Below, one piece after another: positions 19,177-29,306 of a stretch of DNA of 64,000 nt. Numbering within the stretch: the first letter of the stretch is position 1; each line of letters opens with the position of its first letter. The stretch is from Cytophagales bacterium (lineage in GTDB: Bacteria; Bacteroidota; Bacteroidia; Cytophagales; Microscillaceae), in assembly GCA_031425615.1 (NCBI GenBank), contig JANPJR010000030.1, positions 18,492-82,491 on the forward strand. The letters run 5' to 3'. The notes beneath the pieces are model-generated. The model did not search any database. It had not been told where the DNA came from and saw only the letters and a program-made list of their open reading frames with translations. A program made the position numbers and the translations under genes.

Positions 19177-21315
19177 TTAATTCTTCAAAATTGTAACTTC
19201 CACCCTGCGATTTGCTTGGCGACCTTCTTCAGTAGTATTGACAGCAGAAGGCTTGTCCATACCATAACCTTTGGCAGAAATTCTATCTTTGGCAATGCCT
19301 TTTTGACCCAAATAATTTACTACTGCTTGCGCTCTACTTTGTGATAACAACGTGTTTGCTTGTGCTGTGCCTATATTATCAGTATGCCCACCAACTTCTA
19401 TATTCATGTTTGGATTTTCGGTAAGCACCTTTACAAGCCTGTCCAAGTCCCCAAAAGATTCATTGCGGAGGGTTGCCTTTGAAAAATCAAAAAATACATT
19501 ATTCAAACGAATTATTTGCCCTGTTTCAATAGGTGAAAGATATAAATTGCGTGTAATTTCTTTGTATTCTGTTATTTTAGTAACATCAATATTTTCACTT
19601 ACTGAAATAAATTCATTTTTCTGTGCCAAAAAACCATAAAATTCTCCTGCGGGCAATACAATTTTATAACTACCATCAGTAGGGTTAGAAGTAGCAATAC
19701 CAAGTTCTTTGTTCGCTTTTAGGGCGTTGTATGTGATATTGGCAGACATAGGTTGCTTTGTTTTGCTGTTAAATACTTTGCCTGAAATCAATACCACAGG
19801 TTTTGGTTTGAGGTTTTGGGTAAGTTTTATGCGTATAATATCAAGACTACCACTTAAATCGTTGGTCATATAAGCATAATTACCAGAAGCAGGGAGGGTA
19901 AAATATGCGTCCCAACCATTTGAATTAATACCTTGCCCTAAGTTTTGTGGCTCAGACCAATTTGTCCAAGTGTCATCAAGCCTTCTTGTTACAAATATAT
20001 CATTGCTTCCATAACCAGGAAACCCTGAAGACGCATAATACAATGTAACACCATCTGCTGCGAGAAAAGGCGTATCTTCATTTTCAACGCTGTTGATTAC
20101 TTTGCCCATGCTTTTGGGTTTGCTCCATTTGTTATTGCCCAAATTGAATGTTACGAACATGTCTTTTCCACCAATACATTCATCACGCAATACCGTCATA
20201 ATAATAACTTTTCTGTCAGCAGACAAGCAAAATTCATTTGTGCCACCTTTTGACACAAAATCTTCTATTTCTATTTTTTGGGGCACTTCCCAACCGTCTT
20301 TTGTGCGGTGTGTAATAGAAAATCCTCCTCCATTTGGCGAGCCATCAGGTTTGTAACTATTTCCTACCAAGAGTGTATTATGGTCAGGTGTTGAAGAAAT
20401 CACAAAATTTGCTTGGTCATTGTTGAGTGGTTTTCCCATATTTTTCTTTTCTGTCCAAGTTTGACCATTGTCATTGGATTCGCTATAAAATATTTCGCCC
20501 CCATCTTTTTCACCACCTGTATTTTCAGGGCTATTGTGTATGCAATAATACAATGTTTTACCATCAGGCGTGATATAAGGCGAAGTTTCTGCATATTTTG
20601 TATTTACCTTATTACCCAAATTTTCTTTGGCAAGATTAGTAGGTGCGTTTGGCACTAAGTTTATTTTTACATCTTCATAAAACTTAAAATTATCAATTTC
20701 TAATTTTTGGGCATTAGAAGTAAAAAAACCATACGTACCTGTAAAATCTTTTGGATTATTGCCTGTATATATTTCTTTATCGTTGATTTTTACAATAATT
20801 TTATCAGGTTTTATATTTACCCAAAGTTTGTTGGTTTCATTAAAATTTTTCTTGATAATGTCATCATGTATTTTTTTTTCTGTCAAATCGCCAAATTTAC
20901 CTTTGTAGTAGCGTATTTCAAAATCTGACGTTTTGGGTATTATTTTAAAAAAATACGTTTTATTGTCTTTTCCACTTACAGAAAATCCATGCGACAACAC
21001 ATCTTTTGCACCTTCCAACAGTTTAAACTCCACTTCAAATATAATTTCTTTGTCATGGTTTGTAAAAATACTTTTTTTTGCCCAAAAGAAATTATCCGCA
21101 GCAGCATGATTGGTAATATAATATTTACCTTCCGAATAAGCATAATCCACTTCTTCGCCTTTTTCTACCCTAAAACCAGACGCAGGATTTGAAAAATCAT
21201 CACTTACCCAAAGTGGAATTTTTTGGGCAAAAATAGGTGGAATAGCTAAAATAACTATTTGAATAAGGAAAAACAGCACAAAAAATGCAACTGTAAATTT
21301 GTTGGTTTTATTCAT
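19177..21315 (-). CDS. OmpA-family outer-membrane protein with PD40/TolB-like beta-propeller repeats and a CarboxypepD_reg-like domain
   Basis: C-terminal OmpA domain (NVFFDFSKATL...EVGGHTDNIGTAQANTLLSQSRAQAV...NRRVEV). The middle has PD40-type repeats (TPDGKTLYY, AADGVTLYYAS). ISGKVFNSKTKQPMSANITY resembles a carboxypeptidase regulatory domain. Signal peptide. Confidence 0.8.
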   Translation of the reverse strand: MNKTNKFTVAFFVLFFLIQIVILAIPPIFAQKIPLWVSDDFSNPASGFRVEKGEEVDYAYSEGKYYITNHAAADNFFWAKKSIFTNHDKEIIFEVEFKLLEGAKDVLSHGFSVSGKDNKTYFFKIIPKTSDFEIRYYKGKFGDLTEKKIHDDIIKKNFNETNKLWVNIKPDKIIVKINDKEIYTGNNPKDFTGTYGFFTSNAQKLEIDNFKFYEDVKINLVPNAPTNLAKENLGNKVNTKYAETSPYITPDGKTLYYCIHNSPENTGGEKDGGEIFYSESNDNGQTWTEKKNMGKPLNNDQANFVISSTPDHNTLLVGNSYKPDGSPNGGGFSITHRTKDGWEVPQKIEIEDFVSKGGTNEFCLSADRKVIIMTVLRDECIGGKDMFVTFNLGNNKWSKPKSMGKVINSVENEDTPFLAADGVTLYYASSGFPGYGSNDIFVTRRLDDTWTNWSEPQNLGQGINSNGWDAYFTLPASGNYAYMTNDLSGSLDIIRIKLTQNLKPKPVVLISGKVFNSKTKQPMSANITYNALKANKELGIATSNPTDGSYKIVLPAGEFYGFLAQKNEFISVSENIDVTKITEYKEITRNLYLSPIETGQIIRLNNVFFDFSKATLRNESFGDLDRLVKVLTENPNMNIEVGGHTDNIGTAQANTLLSQSRAQAVVNYLGQKGIAKDRISAKGYGMDKPSAVNTTEEGRQANRRVEVTILKN

Positions 21316-21663
21316 AACAAAAACGATTTGTAAAAAAAAGATAAATTAAAAAAAATAAGTAAAATTCATACGTAAAATTCATACGTAAAAACACCTACAA
21401 TTTAAACCAATAATATTTTAAAAAAAAATATTTAAAAAAGCATACCTTGATTTTTCAAAAAAAATTACATTAAACTTTGAGACTTTTTAATGCCTTTCAA
21501 AAAAAAAGTGATAAACCAGATGTACAAAAGCAAATTTTTACGTATTTTTGCAAAAAAAAAAATTATAATAAAGAAACATAACAACAACATATAACAATCA
21601 TAAATTATTGTAAGATTAGGTTTCTTTACAATAAAATAATTAGATTATTTATTTGCTAAAATT

Positions 21664-23907
21664 ATGGGTATAGACAGAGGTAGGTATTATGGTTGGGTAA
21701 AAGGCTTGTGGATTACATTTTTGAGTTTTTGGGTGTTGGTTTTAGTGTATTTTGTGGCGTTGAGTTACAATTTTTTGGGTTTATTTGGTGAAATTCCAAG
21801 TTTGGAGGAATTAGCAAACCCCAGAAACGAATTAGCCTCCGAAATTTATACTGCGGATAATATTCTCATGGGAAAATATTACCGTGAAAATCGCACATTG
21901 GCAAAATATGAAGAACTTTCACCTTATTTGGTTAATGCGTTGATTGCTACAGAAGATGTACGTTTTGAAGAACATTCAGGCATTGATTTGAGGGCATTGC
22001 TTAGGGTTGTAATGGCACGTGGTAGCGAAGGCGGTGGCAGTACATTGAGCCAACAATTAGCCAAAAACCTTTTTAGGTTGCGTCAGCGTGAAAGTGAAGG
22101 TACTTTTCACAAAGTTCCTATCTTGAAAACCATTGTTACAAAAACCAAAGAATGGGTTACTTCTGTCAAAATTGAAAGAAATTATACCAAAAAAGAAATT
22201 ATTGAATTGTATCTTAATACCGTAGAATTTGGCAGTAATGCCTTTGGTATTAATACCGCTTCACGCACTTTTTTTGATAAAAACCCCAGCCAACTCAACG
22301 TACAAGAATCTGCGATGCTTGTAGGACTTTTGAAAGCTCCCAGCAAATATAGCCCTTTTTATGAAAAGAAAAATGCCATTGCAAGACGTAATGTGGTATT
22401 AGACCAAATGCGTAAATATGGTTTTTTGAGTCAAGAACAATGTACACATTTTCAAAAACAACCACTTACTCCAAAACGAGGCGAAGAAGAACATACTGCA
22501 GGTATTGCACCATATTTCAGAGTAGAAGCCCAAAAATGGCTCTTGGAATGGGGTAAAAGAGAAGGCAGAAATATTTATAAAGATGGTTTGCGTATTTATA
22601 CTACGATTGATAGTAAAATGCAAATGCTCGCTGAACAAGCAGTAACAGAACACCTCAACAATCACCAACAGATTTTTGATGCAGTATGGCGTGGTCGCAA
22701 TCCTTGGATTGATGACAAAGGTTATGAAATAAAAGATTTTATCCAAAAAGAAGCCAAAAAATCTGAAAGATACCGCAAACTTGTAGAAAGATTTGGCAAT
22801 GATAAGAAAAAAATTGAGGACATCATGAACACGCCTACCCGTATGCGTGTATATACCATGAAAGGTGAAAAAGATACTACTATGACCCCTATGGACTCTA
22901 TTCGCCATTATAAACGCTTTTTGCAAGCAGGTTTTATGTCAGTAGAACCACAAACAGGACACGTGAAAGCATGGGTTGGTGGTGCCAATTACAAACATTT
23001 TAAATATGACCATGTATATTTGGGCAAAAGACAACCTGGTTCCACATTCAAACCTATTATTTATGCAGCAGCATTAGACAACGGTTATACACCTTGCTCC
23101 CAAGTACGTGATGAACCTGTAACGATTGGAAATTGGACACCTGTAAATTCGTCAGGAGGGTTTTCAGGAGCGTATATGACACTTCGAACAGGCATTGCAA
23201 CCTCTACCAATTCCATTGTAACACGCCTTATCAAAACAATGGGAACGAAACTTAGCATAGAATATGCAAGAGAATTGGGCATCAAAAGTCCTTTGGACAG
23301 TACTTCAGCTACGATTTGTTTGGGTACAAGTGATGTAAATATTTTTGAGCTTTTGAGTGTGTATGCAACTTTTGCAAACAGAGGCAAACACATTGACCCA
23401 ATGTTTATCACACGTATTGAAGATAGAAATGGCAATGTAATCAAAGATTTTACGCCTGTGATTACACAAGCTATTAGCGAAGATTTGGCGTATCAAATGA
23501 CTTTTATGCTCATGGGTTCTACACAAGACCCAGGTGGTACTTCTACCACTGTGGCAAATTATGGTGGTGGCGAAAGCCTAATGAAAAATAATGAAATCGC
23601 TGCAAAAACAGGTACAACACAATATAATGCTGATGCGTGGTTTATGGGTTATACCCAAAATCTTGCCTCTGGTGTGTGGGTTGGAGGCGATACTTGGGTA
23701 ACACGTTTTGAAAGTATTGCGTATGGACAAGGTGCAGTAATGGCATTGCCTATTTGGGCAAAATTTTATGAAAAAATATACGCAGACCCTGAACTGTCAA
23801 GACGTTATCCCAAAACTACTTTTGAAAAACCCGAAGAAATTAGCGTAGAATTGAATTGTGGAAAAATGATCCAAAAAAATCCAAGACGTGCCAGCAAAAG
23901 TGAATAA
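21664..23907 (+). CDS. mrcA: Class A penicillin-binding protein 1A (glycosyltransferase GT51 + transpeptidase)
   Basis: N-terminal TM. GT51 motifs (EDVRFEEHSGID, GGSTLSQQLAKN). Transpeptidase SxxK (PGSTFKP), SxN and KTG (AAKTGTT) motifs. Confidence 0.9.
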   Translation: MGIDRGRYYGWVKGLWITFLSFWVLVLVYFVALSYNFLGLFGEIPSLEELANPRNELASEIYTADNILMGKYYRENRTLAKYEELSPYLVNALIATEDVRFEEHSGIDLRALLRVVMARGSEGGGSTLSQQLAKNLFRLRQRESEGTFHKVPILKTIVTKTKEWVTSVKIERNYTKKEIIELYLNTVEFGSNAFGINTASRTFFDKNPSQLNVQESAMLVGLLKAPSKYSPFYEKKNAIARRNVVLDQMRKYGFLSQEQCTHFQKQPLTPKRGEEEHTAGIAPYFRVEAQKWLLEWGKREGRNIYKDGLRIYTTIDSKMQMLAEQAVTEHLNNHQQIFDAVWRGRNPWIDDKGYEIKDFIQKEAKKSERYRKLVERFGNDKKKIEDIMNTPTRMRVYTMKGEKDTTMTPMDSIRHYKRFLQAGFMSVEPQTGHVKAWVGGANYKHFKYDHVYLGKRQPGSTFKPIIYAAALDNGYTPCSQVRDEPVTIGNWTPVNSSGGFSGAYMTLRTGIATSTNSIVTRLIKTMGTKLSIEYARELGIKSPLDSTSATICLGTSDVNIFELLSVYATFANRGKHIDPMFITRIEDRNGNVIKDFTPVITQAISEDLAYQMTFMLMGSTQDPGGTSTTVANYGGGESLMKNNEIAAKTGTTQYNADAWFMGYTQNLASGVWVGGDTWVTRFESIAYGQGAVMALPIWAKFYEKIYADPELSRRYPKTTFEKPEEISVELNCGKMIQKNPRRASKSE

Positions 23908-23919
23908 ATTTTTTAACTG

Positions 23920-23957
23920 AAAAAACGCACTGTATTAAATATAGTGCGTTTTTTTCT
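23920..23957. terminator. Hairpin terminator between convergent PBP1A and menB genes
   Basis: aaaaaacgcactgtat-taaat-atagtgcgttttttt: imperfect 9-10-bp stem with flanking A and T runs. Confidence 0.5.
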
Positions 23958-23970
23958 AAACCCTAAAAAA

Positions 23971-24810
23971 TTATGGAAATTTTGGATATTGGTTAAAATC
24001 AGGTTGGCGTTTTTCTAAAAATGCTTTTTTGCCTTCTTGCGCTTCCTCGCTCAAATAATACAATAATGTTGCATTTCCAGCAAGTTCTTGAATACCTGCT
24101 TGTCCGTCAAGTTCTGCATTGAATGAAGATTTGAGCAGACGCAACGCAATAGGTGATTTTTCCAAAATTTTACTACACCATTCCACTGTTGTTTTTTCTA
24201 AATCTGCCAAAGGCACAACTTTATTCACAAGTCCCATTTTGTCTGCTTCTTCTGCATTATAAAAATCACAAAGATACCAGATTTCCCTTGCTTTTTTTTG
24301 TCCCACAATTCTCGCCAAATACGAAGCCCCAAAACCACCATCAAAACTTCCAACTTTGGGTCCTGTTTGTCCAAATTTTGCATTATCCGCACAAATTGTC
24401 AAATCACAAACAACATGCAATACATGTCCTCCACCTACTGCCCAACCTGCTACCATTGCGATAACAGGTTTCGGAATACTGCGAATTTGTTTTTGCAAAT
24501 CCAATACATTTAAACGTGGCACACCATCATTGCCTACATATCCGCCTACGCCTCTTACGCTTTGGTCGCCACCACTACAAAAAGCTTCAGAGCCTTCGCC
24601 AGTTAAGATAATTACGCCAATATTGTCGTCATATCTGCACATATCCATTGCTTCACGCATTTCTGCTACTGTAAGTGGCGTAAAAGCATTGTGTTTTTCA
24701 GGGCGGTTGATGCTGATTTTGCCAATACCTGTAGCACGATTTTCAGGTTTGTAGTAAGAAAACTTAATTTCTTGAAATTCTTTCAGGGTTTGCCAAACGA
24801 TTTCAGACAT
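23971..24810 (-). CDS. menB: 1,4-dihydroxy-2-naphthoyl-CoA synthase (MenB)
   Basis: Highly characteristic MenB sequence throughout: [29 protein letters not shown]...[23 protein letters not shown]...[22 protein letters not shown]. Confidence 0.9.
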   Translation of the reverse strand: MSEIVWQTLKEFQEIKFSYYKPENRATGIGKISINRPEKHNAFTPLTVAEMREAMDMCRYDDNIGVIILTGEGSEAFCSGGDQSVRGVGGYVGNDGVPRLNVLDLQKQIRSIPKPVIAMVAGWAVGGGHVLHVVCDLTICADNAKFGQTGPKVGSFDGGFGASYLARIVGQKKAREIWYLCDFYNAEEADKMGLVNKVVPLADLEKTTVEWCSKILEKSPIALRLLKSSFNAELDGQAGIQELAGNATLLYYLSEEAQEGKKAFLEKRQPDFNQYPKFP

Positions 24811-24920
24811 GATTTTTAGTTTAGTTTTTTAGTTGTTGTTTTATTTTTTAAAGAAAAACGTTTTTTTAAGGGAAAAGTTTTTTTTGAAAAGAATTAAAAG
24901 GTTTTTATGTGATTTTTGGT

Positions 24921-26543
24921 TTATTTTTTCTTCCAATCAAAGACAAATTTACTCGCGTGCCATACATCTTGGCGTTTTGGATTTTTGACATTGCCATTAC
25001 GCAATTCTTGGTCACCAATCCAAAGAAAAACATTGTCGTACCAATGAATAAAAGAATACGCACCGTTGTCATCAACTTTGTAGCCTTTTGGCAAAAAAAT
25101 ATCCACAAGACTTTGTTTTTGTTCTTTTTCTGTGGTATTTTCTTTTTCTGTAAAAACCTTATAATAAATATCTTTTTTATGAATATAAGCTAATACATGG
25201 TATTCTTTGCCATTTTTTTGCCAATGTCCCATTTCTGTTTGTACTGCAAGTTCGTCGGTTGTTACATCTTCCAATTCCATAACATTATCCCAAAGCAAGT
25301 TACCTTTTTTGTCCCAAGCCACCACTACTGTATAGGCATAGTGATATTCATTTTTGGGTGCATTGCGGTTGTTGATATTTTGGTAATAATAAGGATTTAA
25401 TCCGCCACGTGCCATTGTCGCAGAACCAGCACCATACGGAAAAGTATTTGCAGATTGAAAAGGCTGGATTTGTGGATTATAAGCGTCCCATTTAAGAATA
25501 ACTTGGTCTTTTTCAAAATAAAAACGTGGGTCAAGCAACATTCTGCGTGAAAGTGTGTAAGGTTTTTTCTGGGCAAGTGCATCTTTTGCTTTTTTTCGCA
25601 GTTTTTCAGCCCTTTTTTTGGGCAAATAATTAAAATAATTATCCAAATATGCAAAACCTTTATAATTCATCTGGGTTTGGGTTTCACCTGTAAATTTTGC
25701 CCAATAAATCCCTTCCACAAAGTCGGTGCAATTTTCATTGTACGTGCCAAAAACCCATGAATTTTGGGCATCTTCTGAGAAAATTTTTGCTTCAAAATAA
25801 TTTTTATCACTTTTTTTGTCTTCATCTTTCACAGCCCAACGTATGCGACCACCCATAAGGGGTGAATGTGGATAAATATACATATCACAATTACGCCCTC
25901 CTGTATGTTTGCTCACAAAATACACACCATTGCCTGACGCTCTGCCTTGCAAATTACGTACATTTTCCCAATCCTTAAACATGGTAAAAGCAGGCAATAA
26001 TTTTACAATACTTTCTGATAAAGTCATATACATTGCAAAGGTTTTGCCATTATCATTTGCAGTAAAATACACATTTTCCATAGAAACATTATAATCCACA
26101 ATATCAGCACGCAAAGGCAATTCGGATTGGTGCATTTTGCTTGTATAGTCATTCAAATTAATACACAAAAGCCAAAACTTTTTTCTTTCTAATGTATTTT
26201 GACACAAAATAAATGCTTGATTTTCTGATGGATTATAAAAATGGCTTGTATTGCGTGTAAAATCATAAGGCACCACCACTTGTAATTTTTTCAACACTTG
26301 TAAAGTAGTGTCCAATACTTCTATAATACAAGCTTTATTTTCGCTGTAACTTGTTTTTTTTTCTACTTTATAGGTAATAAGTCCGCGTTTTTCGAGATTA
26401 ATGTACCCAAATAAATGCTGTTCGTTGTATGGATTTTCGTATTCCTGACGATTTACAAAGGTAAATTGGGCAAAAACACAAGGCGAAATTCCTATAAAAA
26501 GAACAAAAAATAGGATAAAATAAGGTAAAAATTTTGTTTTCAT
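24921..26543 (-). CDS. Hypothetical secreted protein (540 aa)
   Basis: ATG at 26543. Clear signal peptide (MKTKFLPYFILFFVLFIGISPCVFAQ). No domain recognised. Confidence 0.5.
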   Translation of the reverse strand: MKTKFLPYFILFFVLFIGISPCVFAQFTFVNRQEYENPYNEQHLFGYINLEKRGLITYKVEKKTSYSENKACIIEVLDTTLQVLKKLQVVVPYDFTRNTSHFYNPSENQAFILCQNTLERKKFWLLCINLNDYTSKMHQSELPLRADIVDYNVSMENVYFTANDNGKTFAMYMTLSESIVKLLPAFTMFKDWENVRNLQGRASGNGVYFVSKHTGGRNCDMYIYPHSPLMGGRIRWAVKDEDKKSDKNYFEAKIFSEDAQNSWVFGTYNENCTDFVEGIYWAKFTGETQTQMNYKGFAYLDNYFNYLPKKRAEKLRKKAKDALAQKKPYTLSRRMLLDPRFYFEKDQVILKWDAYNPQIQPFQSANTFPYGAGSATMARGGLNPYYYQNINNRNAPKNEYHYAYTVVVAWDKKGNLLWDNVMELEDVTTDELAVQTEMGHWQKNGKEYHVLAYIHKKDIYYKVFTEKENTTEKEQKQSLVDIFLPKGYKVDDNGAYSFIHWYDNVFLWIGDQELRNGNVKNPKRQDVWHASKFVFDWKKK

Positions 26544-26675
26544 GATTTTGAAACGATTTTTTTGGTATAAAATAAAAAATGAGATTTGCTAAGATATGAT
26601 TTTTTTTGAAAAAAATAAAAAGAATATATGATTAGTTTATTTTTTTAAACAAATAGAACGAAATGAAATGCGAAT

Positions 26676-27470
26676 TTAATCGTCTATATTTTGTATTATA
26701 ACTTCTGCCTCATAAATTTCACGATAACTTCGATAATAAACATAATATGTACCATTCTTCAGATTAGAAAAATCCAGATATCTTTGATTCCCTGGTATAT
26801 CATCATATTTTATACCCATTATATAATTACCATATCCCTTCAAAGAATAATAATAATTTTCACCATATTGATCTTTTTGTATTATTGCTTCAATAGGCTT
26901 ATCATATACTCCCCAATAATTCAAACCTCCAAGTATAGGAAACTCCAACAATAATTTTTTATTTTTTTTTGAACGTTTTATAAAATACGAATTTACTTCG
27001 CTATATCCTTTCATTTTCAACATCAAAGAATCTTTTTGAGCAAATAAAGTATCACTTTTGAAAGGATATTTATAAAATATTTCTGCCCCTTCGTTGTATA
27101 AAATAGCTCTTTGAAAGTTGCCCAAACTATCAAATTCGTTCCAATACCCTGTTTGGAAACAGTCATTAGGAATATAATTTATCGTATCTTGCCCTTTGTA
27201 ATTTTTATTCCAAAACCTGCAATCATATTGCCCTGAAGTTTTCAGATTGCCATTAGCATAATATTCTTTGAATATGCCATAATAACATGTGTCTATTTTT
27301 ATTTGGTCATTATAACAATCCCCAAGTATAAAATTTTTAATATATTGGACGTTGCCATTGGTATGATAGGTAATCGCTTGTTTTAAATCACGTTTCTTAA
27401 CAGTTTGTGCGTTTATTTTTAATAGGAAAAAAAACAAAAAAGAAAACAGTATAATTATTTTTATATTCAT
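26676..27470 (-). CDS. Hypothetical secreted protein with MORN/YwqK-like repeats
   Basis: ATG at 27470 (MNIKIIILFSFLFFFLLKINAQ signal peptide). The track ORF starts at a TTG at 27515. Repeats such as YYANGNLKTSGQY resemble MORN-variant repeats. Confidence 0.45.
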   Translation of the reverse strand: MNIKIIILFSFLFFFLLKINAQTVKKRDLKQAITYHTNGNVQYIKNFILGDCYNDQIKIDTCYYGIFKEYYANGNLKTSGQYDCRFWNKNYKGQDTINYIPNDCFQTGYWNEFDSLGNFQRAILYNEGAEIFYKYPFKSDTLFAQKDSLMLKMKGYSEVNSYFIKRSKKNKKLLLEFPILGGLNYWGVYDKPIEAIIQKDQYGENYYYSLKGYGNYIMGIKYDDIPGNQRYLDFSNLKNGTYYVYYRSYREIYEAEVIIQNIDD

Positions 27471-27539
27471 AAAATTTTCAAAAAATGATAAGTTGATTAC
27501 ATTTACAAACCCCAAAAAAAGCCCTATACAAAAAACCTA

Positions 27540-28058
27540 TCACTTTGATAAATTTTCTCTAATTTCCATCAAAATTTTCCCAAGCATATTTTCACCTTTA
27601 CCACCACATACACCCCAAAAAGTATCTTTCCAATGGTTGGTTTCTTCCAAGTATTTATGTTGGGTATTTCTAAGCAAGATACACAATGGTTCATATTGAA
27701 ATTTTTGGATTAAAATGCGTTTCATTTCATCAATTTTTACATTTTCCCAATTTTGTTTGATATGTATTTTTAATTCCCAAGCCAATAAAATGGCTTGTTT
27801 GTAATCAATATCTTGAAATTTTTTTTTGATTTCAGCATCTTCAAATTTAGAGGCTTGGTACGCATTTTCGCTGTAAGCATACACAATATTTGGATTTTCA
27901 ATATCTTGTATGTTACATTTTTTGCCATTACTCAAAAAAAAATATGCACCAAAAAAACCACATATTTTTTCTTCGTTGTGTATCACATATTCATACAATC
28001 CATGCTCATTTTTGGGTGGTGGGTTTTCATTATAAAGGATTGGTTTTATTTTTTCCAT
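27540..28058 (-). CDS. NADAR-family protein (YbiA-like N-glycosidase / ADP-ribose-processing fold)
   Basis: The NADAR/DUF1768 pattern holds end to end: FLSNGKKCNI...YSENAYQASKF.D.EI...F.......A..LAWE.......WENVKIDEMKRILIQKFQYEPLCILLRNTQHKYLEETNHWKDTFWGVCGGKGENMLGKILMEIRENL. Confidence 0.75.
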   Translation of the reverse strand: MEKIKPILYNENPPPKNEHGLYEYVIHNEEKICGFFGAYFFLSNGKKCNIQDIENPNIVYAYSENAYQASKFEDAEIKKKFQDIDYKQAILLAWELKIHIKQNWENVKIDEMKRILIQKFQYEPLCILLRNTQHKYLEETNHWKDTFWGVCGGKGENMLGKILMEIRENLSK

Positions 28059-28127
28059 TTTTATTTGATTTTTTATGATAATACATTTTTCCTAAAAAAC
28101 ATATTCAATCCACAGGAAAAGGCTTTT

Positions 28128-29084
28128 TTACCTAAAAAACCTCAAAACTTTAATAATTATTGTTTTTATTTTTTGAAAAAAAGTTTTTCTGGGAAAAAGT
28201 CGCATAAATCGGTATGTGTTTTTAAGGATTTTGCGGGCTTTGAGGTTTTCTTGTATGGGAATTTTTTGCAAAAAAATTTGATTTTTGTGTAATGTTACAT
28301 CAAATTTATCATCTATTCCACAATGTTCTCCTGTGCCATCAAAACCAATATTTTGCACCAAAGACATTCCTAACCATAAAGAAAGCCCTTTCTCCAAAAA
28401 AACACTTGCATACCACCTACCTGCCCATGTGCTTAATCTGCGTGTAATATACGCCTCCAAAATACTAAAATGGTCGTAGGTATTTTCATAATTGAACGCG
28501 TATTTGAGTGAAGGACTTTCTTGCAATTTTTTAACCAACACATTTGCATCAGGGTTAAATTTTTGCCAAGCCCGCTCCCATGTTGCCCAGCCCCAACTAC
28601 TAATAGAAGTCGTAAAAAAATAATTGGGCAACGATTGTAATGTTTTGGGCGAATATGCAGATATGTGCATTACTTTGTCGTCATTTGCATACATATCAAG
28701 AGCATCATTCATGTATTGCAAAAAAAAAGGCGACAACACAAGGTCATCTTCCAACACAATCACCCTGCCATACAAACGTATTATTTCGCTTACGCCTGTG
28801 ATAATGCTATTTGCTAAACCAATATTTTTATCTTTTGTTATTATGTTTATTTTTTTAAAACGTTTTTCTTTTAGAGAATTTTCTTGTAAATTACTTTCTT
28901 TTTCAAAAATATTTTTTATTTCTTGGTGTAATAATTTTTCTTTTTCTGTTGCATTTTCTTTCAATCCATCAATAAAAACATACAGAGTTGATTGTAAGGC
29001 AAGTTGATTTTTTGCCAAAGAATCTAAGGTTTTTTGGGTGTGTAAAGGTCGCAAATACACGAATAAAATGATTGGTGCGAGCAT
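28128..29084 (-). CDS. Putative glycosyltransferase (GT-A-like, DxD motif)
   Basis: N-terminal PIILFVYLRPLHTQKTLDSL resembles GT-A Rossmann starts. VIVLEDDLVLSPFFL carries a DxD-type motif. SSWGWATWERAW is conserved in some LPS/capsule GT families. Family not resolved. Confidence 0.45.
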   Translation of the reverse strand: MLAPIILFVYLRPLHTQKTLDSLAKNQLALQSTLYVFIDGLKENATEKEKLLHQEIKNIFEKESNLQENSLKEKRFKKINIITKDKNIGLANSIITGVSEIIRLYGRVIVLEDDLVLSPFFLQYMNDALDMYANDDKVMHISAYSPKTLQSLPNYFFTTSISSWGWATWERAWQKFNPDANVLVKKLQESPSLKYAFNYENTYDHFSILEAYITRRLSTWAGRWYASVFLEKGLSLWLGMSLVQNIGFDGTGEHCGIDDKFDVTLHKNQIFLQKIPIQENLKARKILKNTYRFMRLFPRKTFFQKIKTIIIKVLRFFR

Positions 29085-29306
29085 AAAATTTTAAAAAAAC
29101 TAAAATTTTTACCTTTCAAAATAACACAAAATAAATTAACTCTTAATAAACTTTGGATTAAAATACGTTCATAAATTTAGGTGTAACCTTTATACAGGTT
29201 TTGAGTTATGATTTTTTACGAAAATATTATTAAAGAAAGTACATTTAAAACATATATAATCTTTGATTATAATATGTTATATTCATTTTTATTTTTTCCA
29301 AAAATT

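Noticed and set aside
24153-24754. Plus-strand ORFs (103, 71 and 132 aa) over the menB locus
   Set aside because: They are antisense to a highly conserved MenB coding sequence and are spurious.
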